In this document: piece by piece, positions 1 through 11,282 of the stretch
Layout: each line of letters opens with the position of its first letter
How positions within the stretch are numbered: position 1 is the stretch's first letter
Source of the DNA: Squalus acanthias
Taxonomy: Eukaryota
DNA: 64,000 bases
Reading direction: 5' to 3'
NCBI GenBank assembly: GCA_030390025.1
Contig: CM059433.1
Span: 21,082,001 to 21,146,000, forward strand
Program-made: the position numbers and the translations under genes
Notes under the pieces: model-generated
Seen by the model: only the letters and a program-made list of their open reading frames with translations
What the model was told of the DNA's origin: nothing
Databases searched by the model: none

Positions 1-553
1 GAGACAACAACCACAGAAACTGGTACTAGGATTACTAAACGCTTCACTCGATTGCCGAACAACAATAAGAAGCAACTCTAAATAATTCTCACAACTGAGG
101 AGCACGGTTCAGAACACGGATTGACCAGACCGCTGTTCTGGGGAGGGCCAGGAGTGTCTACCGAAGCGAATCTTCCTTGTTTTCTTCATGTTGCCTCTCC
201 TTTTTATACAATTTTTGAGGCTTAGTCTGATGGTTGTCGACTCGCATAAAACTGCCACCGTTATTTTTTGGTGCAGTGTCCAAAGTCACGACCTTTCCTG
301 TTCTATGTCTGTTTTCCTTAGCAGTAGACAAGTCTGTGGTTTGCTGCTGTCGCAGTGTCCAAAGTCACAACCTTTACCTTTTCTGTTTGCTGTTGTTTTT
401 CTTAGCAGTAGACGAAAGTCTGTCATGTTGTTAACTTACAGCCTGGGTTTTCCATTAGCCAAAGAGTCAAAAATTCATGACAATTAAATGACCCAAAACA
501 ATCCTATACCCTGCACTGCGAAAGTATCTCCATTACGGTAATGCGATGTTACA
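1..553 (-). mobile_element. Probable LTR (runs off the window start), U3-like part with tandem enhancer-like duplication
   Basis: Minus strand begins TGTAACA at 553; ~80-bp imperfect tandem duplication (gcagtgtccaaagtcac...cttagcagtagac) at ~273-430; TATA-like TGTATAAAAA on minus strand at 201-210. Other end and TSD not visible. Confidence 0.45.
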
Positions 554-759
554 ACACATGGAAGTTTCGAAACAATGCGGCAAAGAATGGTGGTTCAAGC
601 TTGTGGTTTGCTCTTCAGTTGCACCATCAGGGATTTGTTTCCCTCTCCGTGGAATACAGTGGATCAAGAGTTGAATTTAGTTTAGACTTCCTAATTATCT
701 CGGCATTGGAAACTAGTCAAGATAATAGATTGGCCTTGTATTGCAATATGCTTTACAAT

Positions 760-1520
760 GGGCCGGATATTCTGATCCCGACGGGTGTGTACTCGCTGTG
801 TACTCACCCGTAGGGACATCGGAAATGCCGGTTTCAGGCATGCACAGCGCATGCGCTGGAAACCGGCATTTCCGATCTGTCAAGAAAGCTCTTGACAGAT
901 CCTCTGGCTGTCCTGGAGAAGGGCCTCTACGGGCAGATAGTTCCGTTTTTTGGAGACCCTCCGCCCGCAGAAAACCCTTACAATTCTTGCGCCTGGTAAA
1001 AGCAGGCGTAAGGCCTGCTTTTACCAGGGTAAGAGTTGAAAAAAGTAAAAAAACAAACTTTTTTTCACTGATTTATCATTTAAAAATACTTTTTAAAAAA
1101 GGTAAGTTTATTTTTAGCCCCGTAAAAAACTTTAATTATTTTTTTCAAAAATTTAAACTTTTGTTTAAAATAGTTAATTTATTGTAATTTCAAGTCATTT
1201 TAAAAATGTGATTTTTTTTAAAATGTGTTTAAAGTTTTACTATGTTTTGGGGGTGATCTCCATTCATATATTTGACAGGTCTTCCTGTCAAATGTATGAA
1301 GGGAGATTCCCTTCTGTGATTGGCTCCCCATGGCCCACGTGATCCCAGGGACGCTGCGAACTACCTGTGCCTCTGGGATACCTGGGCCCTGCGCACTTGG
1401 AGTTTGGAGAGGCCCAGCATTGGAAGTGTGTGCGTCCCGGGAGCCCTCAGGTAAAGGTGCAGATTTTACCAGATCACAGTCCTCCGCCCATGGGAGGACT
1501 GCGATCGGAATATCTGGGCC
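760..1520. mobile_element. PIF/Harbinger-like MITE, family A, copy 1 (divergent, opposite orientation to copies 2-4)
   Basis: Imperfect TIR gggccggatattctgatc / gatcggaatatctgggcc; 3-bp TSD AAT (757-759, 1521-1523); several internal hairpins; AT-rich core similar to copies at 35411, 40127, 48015. Confidence 0.85.
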
Positions 1521-1929
1521 AATTGCGTTCCTGATTACTGTGGAGTATCAATGCGTTGATTCCAAACCTTGTGCTAAAGCAACCAATATTGTATTCACCG
1601 CAAATTATCCCATTTTCTTTGCTCTGTGTCCTCTTCCCCAAACATTTACAAATAAGACCTTTAGCTGTCCCTGTCATTTGCCATCACAAATAGATGTAAA
1701 TCCTGAATAATTTAACGTAAAATGAATTTTGAAATGCTTCTCACATTAACATAATTTTTAACATCCCTAAGAAGAGAAAAATGTTCAGATAAGAGCTCTG
1801 AAATGTCAGTAAATTCTTAAACAAGGTCAAAAAGTGCAGAATTACGGTACGCTTTTGTTGCTGAAGGCTTGAGAGAAAAGCTTCTCCTTATCAAATCAGT
1901 CTCTCCAGGGAGCTGACATAGCTTCTCAG

Positions 1930-3030
1930 GCTATTGCAGTTCAGAATATTGTAAGAGTTTTTGATGTTTTCGGAAGACTTTTTAAGGGACATGGGAATAG
2001 CAGTGCATATCTTGCTTGACAAGCAGAAACATCTATGTAGGGTATGAGAATTATTCATGTTTTCTTTTGTCTCTGTGATTACTGAAACAAGCTCGGATTA
2101 CTTTTTGGGCTTTTCTTTTACCCACAGGACATTCGTGTTATTTAGAGATGTATCAGTCCTTTTCACATCTGACCAACAGCAGCCTTGTTTTTCCAATGTG
2201 ACAGATGTAGACAATTTTTTTGTGAGCAGTACTAAGGAGGTTGCCGGTGCACCAGAGTGCAAAGAGGCCTTTGAATTGGATAATATTTTATACTGATACA
2301 CAGGAAAGGGAAATAAGCCAGAGAGCTATGAGTGAAGTATATAGAAAAGGACCTAATTCCTGTGATGACATCTGCATTCCATATTGTGGAGGAATTGATG
2401 GAACAACAGGCCACGTATCATTACTTTATAGGCGCAGAATTGAGGAGCTGACACTTTCAGAAACTCAGTCGTGCTGTTCAAAATATAGGAGGCAAGCCCC
2501 TCCGCCCTCTCTTGCAGTGGGTTGATACTTCACATGGAGTTATCCTTACGTGTGTCCCAAAATAGATTCTGACAATGTTTATCAGTTTAAGGTTCCCTAC
2601 CATTTCTCGTGCTTCTCTTTTGGAGTTCAGGAGTCAGTCATTCTCCGTAAGCAGATGTGATGCAGATCCTGCTGACTTTCACTGTACTAACTAACATGGA
2701 GATGGAGAAGAGACCGGTTTGAAAATAATGTAAGTGTTCTCTGTCAGCATGTGTATACAGAAAGCCAGCTCCGGCTAGCAGGCTCTCTCATTGATGATCA
2801 TCCTGTCCAATGCTGGTGTTCCACAAACTAGTTGTATTTATTTGGCTAAAATGACTATCTCCTGGTTTCTGTGGGATAAATTCAAATGTTGAGTCTTGTT
2901 TAAATTCCAACATTCTAGGGCACATTGTAGAGAGTATTTTGCATGTTATCTACTTGACATTCCTGTTTCAATCAACAGGTCCATGAGAATGCCTCTGATT
3001 GTAAGATGGTCCCTCAGACTTGTCATGGAA
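1930..3030 (+). pseudogene. Possible highly degraded DIRS/Ngaro-type RNase H / tyrosine recombinase fossil
   Basis: Frameshifted motif remnants in the expected order: D..IP/IVEELME (2364-2403), FIGA/RIEEL (2425-2450), LRVS/KID (2546-2567), VRWS (3001-3012). Pattern recognition only. Confidence 0.35.
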
Positions 3031-3750
3031 TCAAATATTCACACTCAGGGCATAACTTGCTCGCGGAACCATTTGTCACCCTAATGGTGGGCAAATTTAG
3101 TGCTTCATTTTGCAATATGGCTTTGTGTTACATCTGAGGGAATGAGAGGCGCATGAATCTGCGAGGCAGGTCACCACTGAGGAGCCCAGTAGAAACCGGA
3201 AATAGGACAGATACCTTTCTTGAGCGCAGAAGTTAAGGATTTCAAAACTCTGCAGAACTGCAGAAACCACAGTCAAAAACTACAAGTCGAGTCTGGCTGG
3301 GAGAATGGTAAAGGAGACTTCTGAATAAAAGTTCTTGTCACAATTCTTTGTGTTGTCGAATGAAAATAGTCTGAACAAGGTAAAAAGCCTGTTCCATCGA
3401 AGCACAGATAAAATAACGCCAAGGTGCAAAATGAGCTAGAGAACAGGATAAGTTCAAAAGGATTGTAAATCAGTGTCAATTAACTTCAAGCAGGGTTTCA
3501 TAAACCTCCAGTTGTCATCAGTAGGAACATGCATCTACTGACTATCAACTTGCAGTGCACAAAACACTGACTCAGTAGGAAGGTGCAGTGTTCAAGTATA
3601 AGTACGAGGAGATTCCAGAAGCAACATGCTGATGAAAATAATGTCTATTTCATCCAGTGCTGTAAACGGAATGATATTACAGTATACATTTATTGCAACA
3701 ATCCTTGTTGTCTCATACACAATTTTTCTCTTTTGTCGAGTCTCTAACTT

Positions 3751-3905
3751 AAGAACATAAGAACATAAGTAAGAGCAGGAGTAAGCCATTCGGCCCCTCG
3801 AGCCTGCTCCGCCATTCAATAAGATCATGGCTGATCTTCAACCTCAACTCCACTTTCCCGCCCGATCTCCATATCCCTTGATTTCGTTAGAGTCCCCAAG
3901 AATCT
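3751..3905 (-). mobile_element. CR1 LINE 3' end fragment
   Basis: (acataaga)n tail followed by ccattcggcccctcgagcctgctccgccattcaataagatcatggctgatc, matching the 3' ends of longer CR1 copies here. Confidence 0.85.
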
Positions 3906-4098
3906 CTTTCTCCCTCAATTTTTTGTGTCTCTTTCTAATTTATCAATAGTACTGTGGCCATTTCTCCTGTAAACTTCCTTTTCTTGCTTCTTCTAAGCTA
4001 CAACTACCTCATGCTACATGTTTTCATTCCTCCCTGTAGCCTCACTTTTTTAAATCACATTTCAATGTCTCATTGTTTGTAATTCCTTAGCTCCTTTA

Positions 4099-4896
4099 GG
4101 GGGAAAAATTCAGTATCGCCCATTTTGGGGCGCTAATATCGGCCGAGCGCAAAGTTTAGCGCCCGGCGCTAATTATCGCCTCCAACTGCAAAATTCGCCT
4201 CTATCGCCCCGGAGGTGATTTGAGTGCTAAATCAGGCGCTACACACCTCTCTTAAGTTGCAAACATCAGGGAGCGAGGTGCTACCTCAGAACGCTACCGA
4301 AGCTCAGGCGATGCCAATTACCATGGAAGCCAAACAGACTGGCGCCGTCCAGTTCTTAAAGGGGAGGGGCCATCTTGCTGGCCAGCCACACCCTGCTCAT
4401 TGCAGCCTTGAATCTCGGCCTTGAACCTCAAAAGCAATTCTGTTGGAAGCACTAATGGATAGGCCCAGGAAAGAGCTCGGCACTTAGGAACCTCAAAAAT
4501 GGTGCTGAGGGCCAAAACTCCTTAGGACAGCATTAAAACCAAAAATTTTGCCGACAAGAAAAGGTAGGAAGTGTCCGCCTTTAAATAGCGCTCCCCAGCC
4601 CCTTCCCGACTTGAAAACGTTCCCCTCTACCTGTCGTTCCTAGCGGCAGGCGCTAAGGCAGGGAGCGCGACTTAATATCCGGTCTGGGGCGCTACCGGGG
4701 CGTTGCACGCTTGACTGCCGTCACGATCTGCGGGCGCAGGAGACCGTGGCGGTAGTGTTTAGTGCCACCGCAAAACAACTGGTCAATTTCGCGAGCGGCG
4801 CTAAAATCGTCGTGCTCGGGCGCTAAATTCCTAGCGCCTCATTAGCGCCCCCCGGAGGCGCTAACGGCAGGCGTTAACCAACCGAATTTATCCACC
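4099..4896. mobile_element. PIF/Harbinger-like MITE, family B, copy 1
   Basis: TIR gggggaaaaatt / aatttatccacc; TSD TTA (4096-4098, 4897-4899); reverse-complement similarity to 9769-10661 and 19088-19966; many tagcgcc/ggcgcta motifs. Confidence 0.85.
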
Positions 4897-4934
4897 TTAG
4901 TCTTTCTGCTCCTCCTGGCCCACAAGAAAACCTG

Positions 4935-5270
4935 AAAAATAAATTTTAAACTTACTTGCTGCGCATCTTCTGGTCCAGGATCCGGCTCCCGGCAGGTTTT
5001 GCCTGATGGGGGAGCCGACACCACCCCCCGCGCCCCCCCCCCAACCCCTCCACACCGCCCCCCGCTCAGGCCTCAGCTTGAAATTGCAGATCGGGCCCTG
5101 ATGACATCATCAGACCCAATCTGCATATTTAAAAGAGGACCCCGCTTCCTTCCTGCGTGTGTCCTGCTTGCTGCTGAAAAGAGCCGGTTAGTTTGGGACA
5201 CGGAGGGAAGGAAGCATGATCGGTGGGGGTAACTGACACTCGTTATATTAACTGCCCCCTCTTCCACCTG
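4935..5270. mobile_element. GC-rich MITE-like remnant
   Basis: GC-rich block with aaacttac donor-like motif, C-runs and gcatatttaaa, similar in layout to other MITE interiors; ends not resolved. Confidence 0.3.
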
Positions 5271-5294
5271 GTTTCTGCCAATTAAATTCAGTTA

Positions 5295-5590
5295 ATTAAG
5301 TAAATCTGGAATAAAAAGCTAGTATCAGAAATGGTAACCATGAAACTATCAGATTGTCGTAAAAAGCCATCTGGTTCAGATGTTCTTTAGGGAAGGAAAT
5401 CTGCTGTCCTTACCTGGTTTGGCCAGACCCACAGCAATGTGGTTGACTCTTAACTGCCCTCTGAAATGCCTTAGCAAGCAACTCAGTTGTAAAGGCAGCT
5501 CACCACCACCTTCTCAAGGGCAATTAGGGATGGGCAATAAATGCTGGCCTTGCCAGCGACGCCCACATACCATAAACAAATTTTAAAAGA
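5295..5590 (+). mobile_element. 5'-truncated SINE with LINE-derived 3' tail
   Basis: Tail ctcaccaccaccttctcaagggcaattagggatgggcaataaatgctggccttgccagcgacgcccaca is shared with the minus-strand repeat at ~45490-45580. Confidence 0.65.
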
Positions 5591-6269
5591 AAGTGGGGGC
5601 AGTTAAAATCAGGTGTCTGTATGTGACAGGATTGTGCTTGCCAACTGCTATTTATGCTCACACATAAAGAATGGTCATTTGTTCAAGGTACTGTTGGGCT
5701 GTCTGCACTTATGGACCCATATCCACAGAACAACTTAGTGCATTCAGGAGAGCACTGGAAAAATCAGTGCCGTCCAATAGATAAATGTAAAAAGTTAGAC
5801 AAGCGTTTGCGACTGTGAAATGTATTGCCTGACAAACTGGTTAAATTGAGAGATGCTGGGAGATTAGCAGTTGAGGAGTCACAAGCTGTTAGACTGATGC
5901 AATCAATGAAGTAAGTATTGAGGGAGAAGAATCCATTTAAAATTCCATTATTACCCTTGATACTTTAGTGTCAGATTGGTAGAAAACCTATTCTTAACTC
6001 TGTTTAGTACAGGGATTAATTCTACTAGTAGCCTTCGTTGAAAGCATCATGTTGGTGGTTGGTTACTTCAGTGTGTGTGCTACAATAAAGCTAGATGGTC
6101 ATCACAAAGTACAGTTCATGATGGCCTAAAAGGTTTGAAGTGGTAATCTTTGGTGAGAAATTTCAGCATGACGTGTGTAATAAGTAACTTTTTTATTGAA
6201 TAGTAGTGAACAAATAATAAATTGATGGTGGAGAGATGTTGTGGAGATTAAATAACGTTTTGTAAAAAA

Positions 6270-6528
6270 ATAAATTCTCAGTCAAGCCATGCATCGGGAA
6301 ACCCGGCCGGCCAAGGCTAAATTTAAAATGGTGGTTAAATATGAGGCTCCCAGCCGCATTATAATATTTAAATTGCCAACCCACCTCCTGCGAGTTGGTT
6401 GGTTGCCCGACCCCCCATCCCACCTACCTTGAAACCGAAGTGGGCGGGTTGGGGACAGGATTCAATTTTTAAACATGTTAACACCCCACCGGACTCCAAC
6501 CCGCCCGTTTTAGGGGTTAAAATAGCCC
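6270..6528. mobile_element. Truncated MITE, family E
   Basis: Reverse-complement similarity to 14476-14740 (cattataatatttaaa, gccaacccacctcc, ggggttaaaat end). Confidence 0.55.
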
Positions 6529-6638
6529 CATCTCTGGGTACTTCCGTTTTTTTTTAACTATTGTCATAGAAGTGATTGGGTTTTGGGTATACCTACAGTT
6601 TAAATTATCATGAGCTTGTGTCCCACTGCACTTTCAGC

Positions 6639-6927
6639 TTAAATTCCTTGCGTCATGAGACCTATATTCAGGATTGTCAGCATTTTTGGACTGTCACCTA
6701 CATACTCGACAGTCCCAATGCGCTCAGTGGCGTTGACGGTTTTGGGTTCTTCGGCCCCAGTTGTCTCCTTTTCACCAGGAACGTGCGGTCTCTCCAGACC
6801 TCCATCCTTGACTGGGACAGTCTGTGGTGTGGCTAGCAGCTGCTGCTTCACTAGGTTGTCATGCAAGAGGCTAGTGGCCATATTGGTGAGATTCTGGAGG
6901 GTGAGGAGCACCCATGGAACTGTGCTC
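6639..6927 (-). CDS. Candidate host exon of unknown product (MATSLLHDNLVKQQLLATPQ...)
   Basis: Acceptor ttttttttctccccatctcttgaag upstream on minus strand; open frame; ATG in aatATGg context; no TE motifs seen. No homolog recognised; donor weak. Confidence 0.3.
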
Positions 6928-7433
6928 CTTCAAGAGATGGGGAGAAAAAAAAAGCCAATCCTAATGGGACTAAACTGTAGTATCTTCAATAATTACACCC
7001 ATTCTATATCTTCACTGCTGTACTTATAACCTCCAGGAAGTGTTGAGGCCCTTTAACACAAAACTAATCAATGCTGAACACCACTATGGAACTGTACATA
7101 GTTTCTTAGACACTCCAGCAATTTCCATGACGGATTACATATATTAATTTATATGCTGACATTTTTCAATTGAACATTCATTATGGAAAATGCACTCCAC
7201 ACGGCTAATTTACTTATGTGTGTGTATCATGCTCTGTATCCAAAGATAATTGTTTCAGGCAGGCGTGATTTGGGGTGAGTTTCTGAAAGGCATTTGCAGT
7301 GATGATTTTTCATTTGAAATTTGTGGTTTCCGTTGCTACAAACAACCATCAAACAAAGCAGAACGGTTGGGTGTAGTGATATATGGGTTTATCTCGCTTG
7401 CAGGCACATTTTGAGCTTTCCTATTGGTTGGCT

Positions 7434-9060
7434 GCTATTTGGCCATTTGGCCCATCTTGCCTGTGCCGGCTCTTTGAAAGAACTGTCCAATTCAGTCCCA
7501 CACCACAGTTTTTTCCCCTTAGCCAGTCAAATTAGTCCTCTTCAAGTATAGGCCCAATTGTCTTCTGAAAGTTCCTATGTAATCTGCTTCCACCACCCTT
7601 TCAGGTAGTGGGTTCTAGATCTTAACAACCCTCTGTGTGAATTTTTCCCCCTCAATTCCTCTTTAATTCTTTCGCTAATTATTTTATATCTATGACCTCT
7701 GGTTACCAACCCACTTGCCAGAGGAAACAGTTTCTCCCTACTTGCTCTATCAAAACCCCTCATTAATTTAAATACTTCTGTTAGGTCTCCCCTTAACCTT
7801 CTCTGCTCTAAGGAGAAAAATCCCAGCTTCTCCAATCTCTCCACATAATTGAAGTCCCTCATCCCTGGTATTATCCTGGTAAACCTCTCCAAGGCCTTGG
7901 CATCCCTCCTAAAGTGTGGTGCGCGGAATTGTACACAATACTCCAGCTGAGGCCTAACGAGTGATTTGTAAAGGTTTAGCATGACTTCCTTGTCTTTGTA
8001 TTCAATGCCCCTATTTACAAACCCAAGTATCCCATATGCTTTCTTAACCGCCTCAGTAACTTGCCCTGCGACCTTCAAAGATTTGTGAATATGCACCCCC
8101 AGGTCCCTCTGCTCTTGCACCCCGTCGAAATAGTGCCATTTAGGTTATATTACCTGTCCATGTTGTTCCTCCAAAGTGCATCACTTCACGCTTATCTGCA
8201 TTAAATTGCATTTGCCATGTGTCTGCCCATTTAACCAGTCTGTCTATGTCCTCCTGCAGTCTGCTACAATCCTCCTTAAGATTTATTACATTGCCAAGTT
8301 TTATATCATCCGCAAACTTCAAAATTGCACTCCCTATACCCAAGTCCAGGTCATTTATATATAACAAGGAATGCAATGGTCCTAATACTGATCCCTGGGG
8401 GACCCCACTGCATACTTCTCTCCAGTCAAAAAAACATCCGTTAACCACTACTCTCTGCCTCCTATCCCTTAGCCAATTACGTACCCAAGTTACCACCATC
8501 CCTTTAATCCCATGTGTTTTTATTTTCTGAATGTCTGTTATGTAGTACTTTATCAAATGCCTTTTGAACGTCCATGGGGGGAAAATAGGGTTGCTTTGTG
8601 CCCAAAGGGGGCGCCCAAAGGGGGCGCGACCAAATTTCACCCCCCCCCCCCCATATATCCAACATCTAGAATACTACCTTCATCAACCCTCTCTGTTACT
8701 TCATCAAAGAACTCAATCAGGTTACTCTGACAAATCCATGCTGGTTGTCGCTTATTAACCCATGCTTCTCCCAGTGAGAATTAATTTTGTCCTTGACAAT
8801 GGTCTCTCATAGTTTTCCCACCAATGACGTTAGACTGGCTGGCCTGTAGTTACCAGGTTTTTCCTCTCCCCTTTTTTGAATAGGGGTGTAATATTTGCAA
8901 TCCTCCAGTCCTCTGGGACCACTCCAATATCCAAGGAGGATTGAAAGATTGTGGTCAGAGCTTCTGCTATCTCCACCCTTGCTTCCCTCAGCAACCTAGA
9001 ATGCATCCCATCTGGTCCAGATCACTTGTTAACTTTGAGTGATGACAACCTATTTAGCAC
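7434..9060 (-). mobile_element. CR1 LINE, 5'-truncated and degraded (RT to 3' end), interrupted by a mini-MITE
   Basis: ORFs with [32 protein letters not shown] motifs; frameshifts. Confidence 0.95.
8576..8651. mobile_element. 76-bp mini-MITE related to family B
   Basis: Ends ggggggaaaat / aatttcacccc(c)n; TSD CAT (8573-8575, 8652-8654); removing it restores CR1 DVGYMDVQKA; ggggcgcgacc-aatttc end as in family B. Confidence 0.75.
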
Positions 9061-9474
9061 CTGTTTATGGAGCTTTTCTATCCAGCATTTTAGAGAAAAA
9101 ATGCTTTATGCTTGCAGAAGATGCTGAGAAGAGAGAGGTTATCCACCTTTGGTAGTGTCATCTGCTTTCTTGAATGATGGATTCCCCACACATCAAAGGA
9201 GTTTACTCTGTGTCTTATATTGTGTTTGAGGACCCACATGACCAATTTGGAGCTCGTTCCGTTATAATATTAAAATGTTATAAAGTTATTGCTGACAAGT
9301 TATTGTTTTTTTGTGCCAGCTATAAAAAGTCAGTCAGCATAACTGATCATCAATTCATTTTGACCTAGGCTATGGTTTGCTTATATACTGAACCATAGTT
9401 TTAAACAAAATTCTGTGCTAAAGGGATTGGATTGGAGAATGTGGAGAATACACCATTGGAAGAATGAAGACTAT

Positions 9475-11282
9475 TGTAAGATCTTAATGATCTCTGAGTT
9501 CTTGGACAAGACACCAATAGGCAGCAGCCAGTATGTTTGAGCAATAGATCAAGATTTATTAAGCTTACAGCGTAATATACGTAATATTAGGCGATCATTT
9601 TAACGAGTAGCTCACAGCCCTTGGTCTCTGGAACCTCTCGGACACAGATGACGTTGTCTTAAGTCTGTTCCTTTGTTCTCACAGTAAGTCTGTGTAAAGT
9701 TGTTCTTTGAGTATTGAGGTTTTAACCCTTTTCTTATCAAAAGTTGGTTTGGCCAGTGTCCATATATGGGGGTAAAAATTCACTTGGTTGCGCCTCCCGT
9801 TAGCGCCTTAAGAGGGCGCTAATGGGGCGTTAAGCCGCTAACGCCCGGGCGCAGCGATGTTTGCGCCGCTCGAGAACTTAACTTGAGATTGTGCGGCGGC
9901 GCTAAAACTTACCGCTGCGACCACCTGCGCGCGCAGATTGTGACGTCATTCCATGGTGCAACGCCCTTGTGGCGCCCCGTAGCGGAAATTGAGTGGCGCC
10001 CCCTGCCTTACCGCCTGGCGCTTCCAACGACCAGAAGACTGGAACGCTATCAATCGCTGTGGGGCTGCGGGGGGCGCTATTTAAAGGGGGCCTCTTCCTG
10101 TCTTTTATTGTTGGTGGCATTTTTGAACTACGCATTCTGAGAGAGTGAGGGTGAGACTTCTGGAGAGATTCAACGTTGTGTGAAGGAGTTTTGGGTACTG
10201 AGCAGCACTTTGCAGGTTCATTTTGATTTGCCATTCCTTGTATCGATTTAGCAGAGACTGTGGGAGCTGCACTCTGAGCTCTTTGCCTGGTACTCTCCAT
10301 TGTTCTTTCCAGCACATTTGATGTGCAAGTCTCTCCAGGCCGAGATTCAAGGCAGCAATGAACAGGATGTGGATGGAAAGCAAGATTAACCATCCCCTTT
10401 AAGAACTGGCCCGTGCCATTGTGTGTGTGTTCCATTGCTGACTGACATTACATGAGCTTCGCCAGCGCTCCGAGTTAGCGCCTCACTGCTCGGCCTTTGC
10501 GCCTTAAGAGAGGTGTGCAGCGCCTGCTTTAGCGCTCCACTCACCTCCCGGGGCGGTAAAAGTGAAGTTTCCTGTCAGTGCCGATAATTAGCGCCAGGCG
10601 CTAATATTTGCGTCCGGACGATATTTGCGCCCCAAATGGGGCGCGACCTAATTTCTACCCCATGGTCTTTAACAAAATCATCTTTTTTTAATTGGTTCTA
10701 ATGGTCAAAATACCATTGTCACTCAGACTAAGGTAGCATCCCGCCTTTCCAGTATTTTTCCGTCAACCCTATTCTGCTGTCTTGTTATCTTGTGTATAGT
10801 TTTTCACCCCATTGGAATTTACCATGTCTCTTTCACTTCATAGCCTCCCTGGTACAAGGCCTTTCTACACCAAGGGCCCATATCAGCGCTGTTTCACTAG
10901 TCTTGAGGTATCCAAACTATCTCACTTTAATCTACCAGATAAATACCTTATCTCCATGATCTCTCTCATTTTATCTCCTTATTCTAATTATTTTTAAAAT
11001 ATTGCTGCAATTAGTTTTGGTAAGCGAATTCTAATTTCTACTTAGCATCAGAATATGTTTTTTAAGCAATTTACCCTTCACTCGCAGTCTCTGGTTGTTT
11101 GTTATCAGAACTTAGTCAAAACTGCTTTTGACTGTCCCCGCAGCTGCATTCTGAACAAGTCTTAGCTTTTTAGTTACCCAGGAGTAATTATGGGTAATAT
11201 TATTTGGTCAATGGCTACACTTGAAGTAATACATATATGATTCTCATCGACTAAATATCTCTAAATATCAGCCTTTCGTACA
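9475..11282 (-). mobile_element. Solo LTR (~910 bp once the nested MITE is removed), ERV1/Gypsy-like
   Basis: TGTA...TACA termini; 4-bp TSD CTAT (9471-9474, 11283-11286); AATAAA on minus strand at 9555-9560. Confidence 0.65.
9769..10661. mobile_element. PIF/Harbinger-like MITE, family B, copy 2
   Basis: TIR ggggtaaaaatt / aatttctacccc; TSD ATG (9766-9768, 10662-10664); collinear with 19088-19966. Confidence 0.9.

Noticed and set aside
741..1187. ORFs in MITE families A-C (also 9902-10435, 38980-39301, 52262-52525) as transposases
   Set aside because: No DDE or Myb motifs recognised, and frames are not conserved between copies.
2128..2729. Coding exon between an acceptor-like and a donor-like site
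   Set aside because: No frame stays open across it; better explained as a degraded element.
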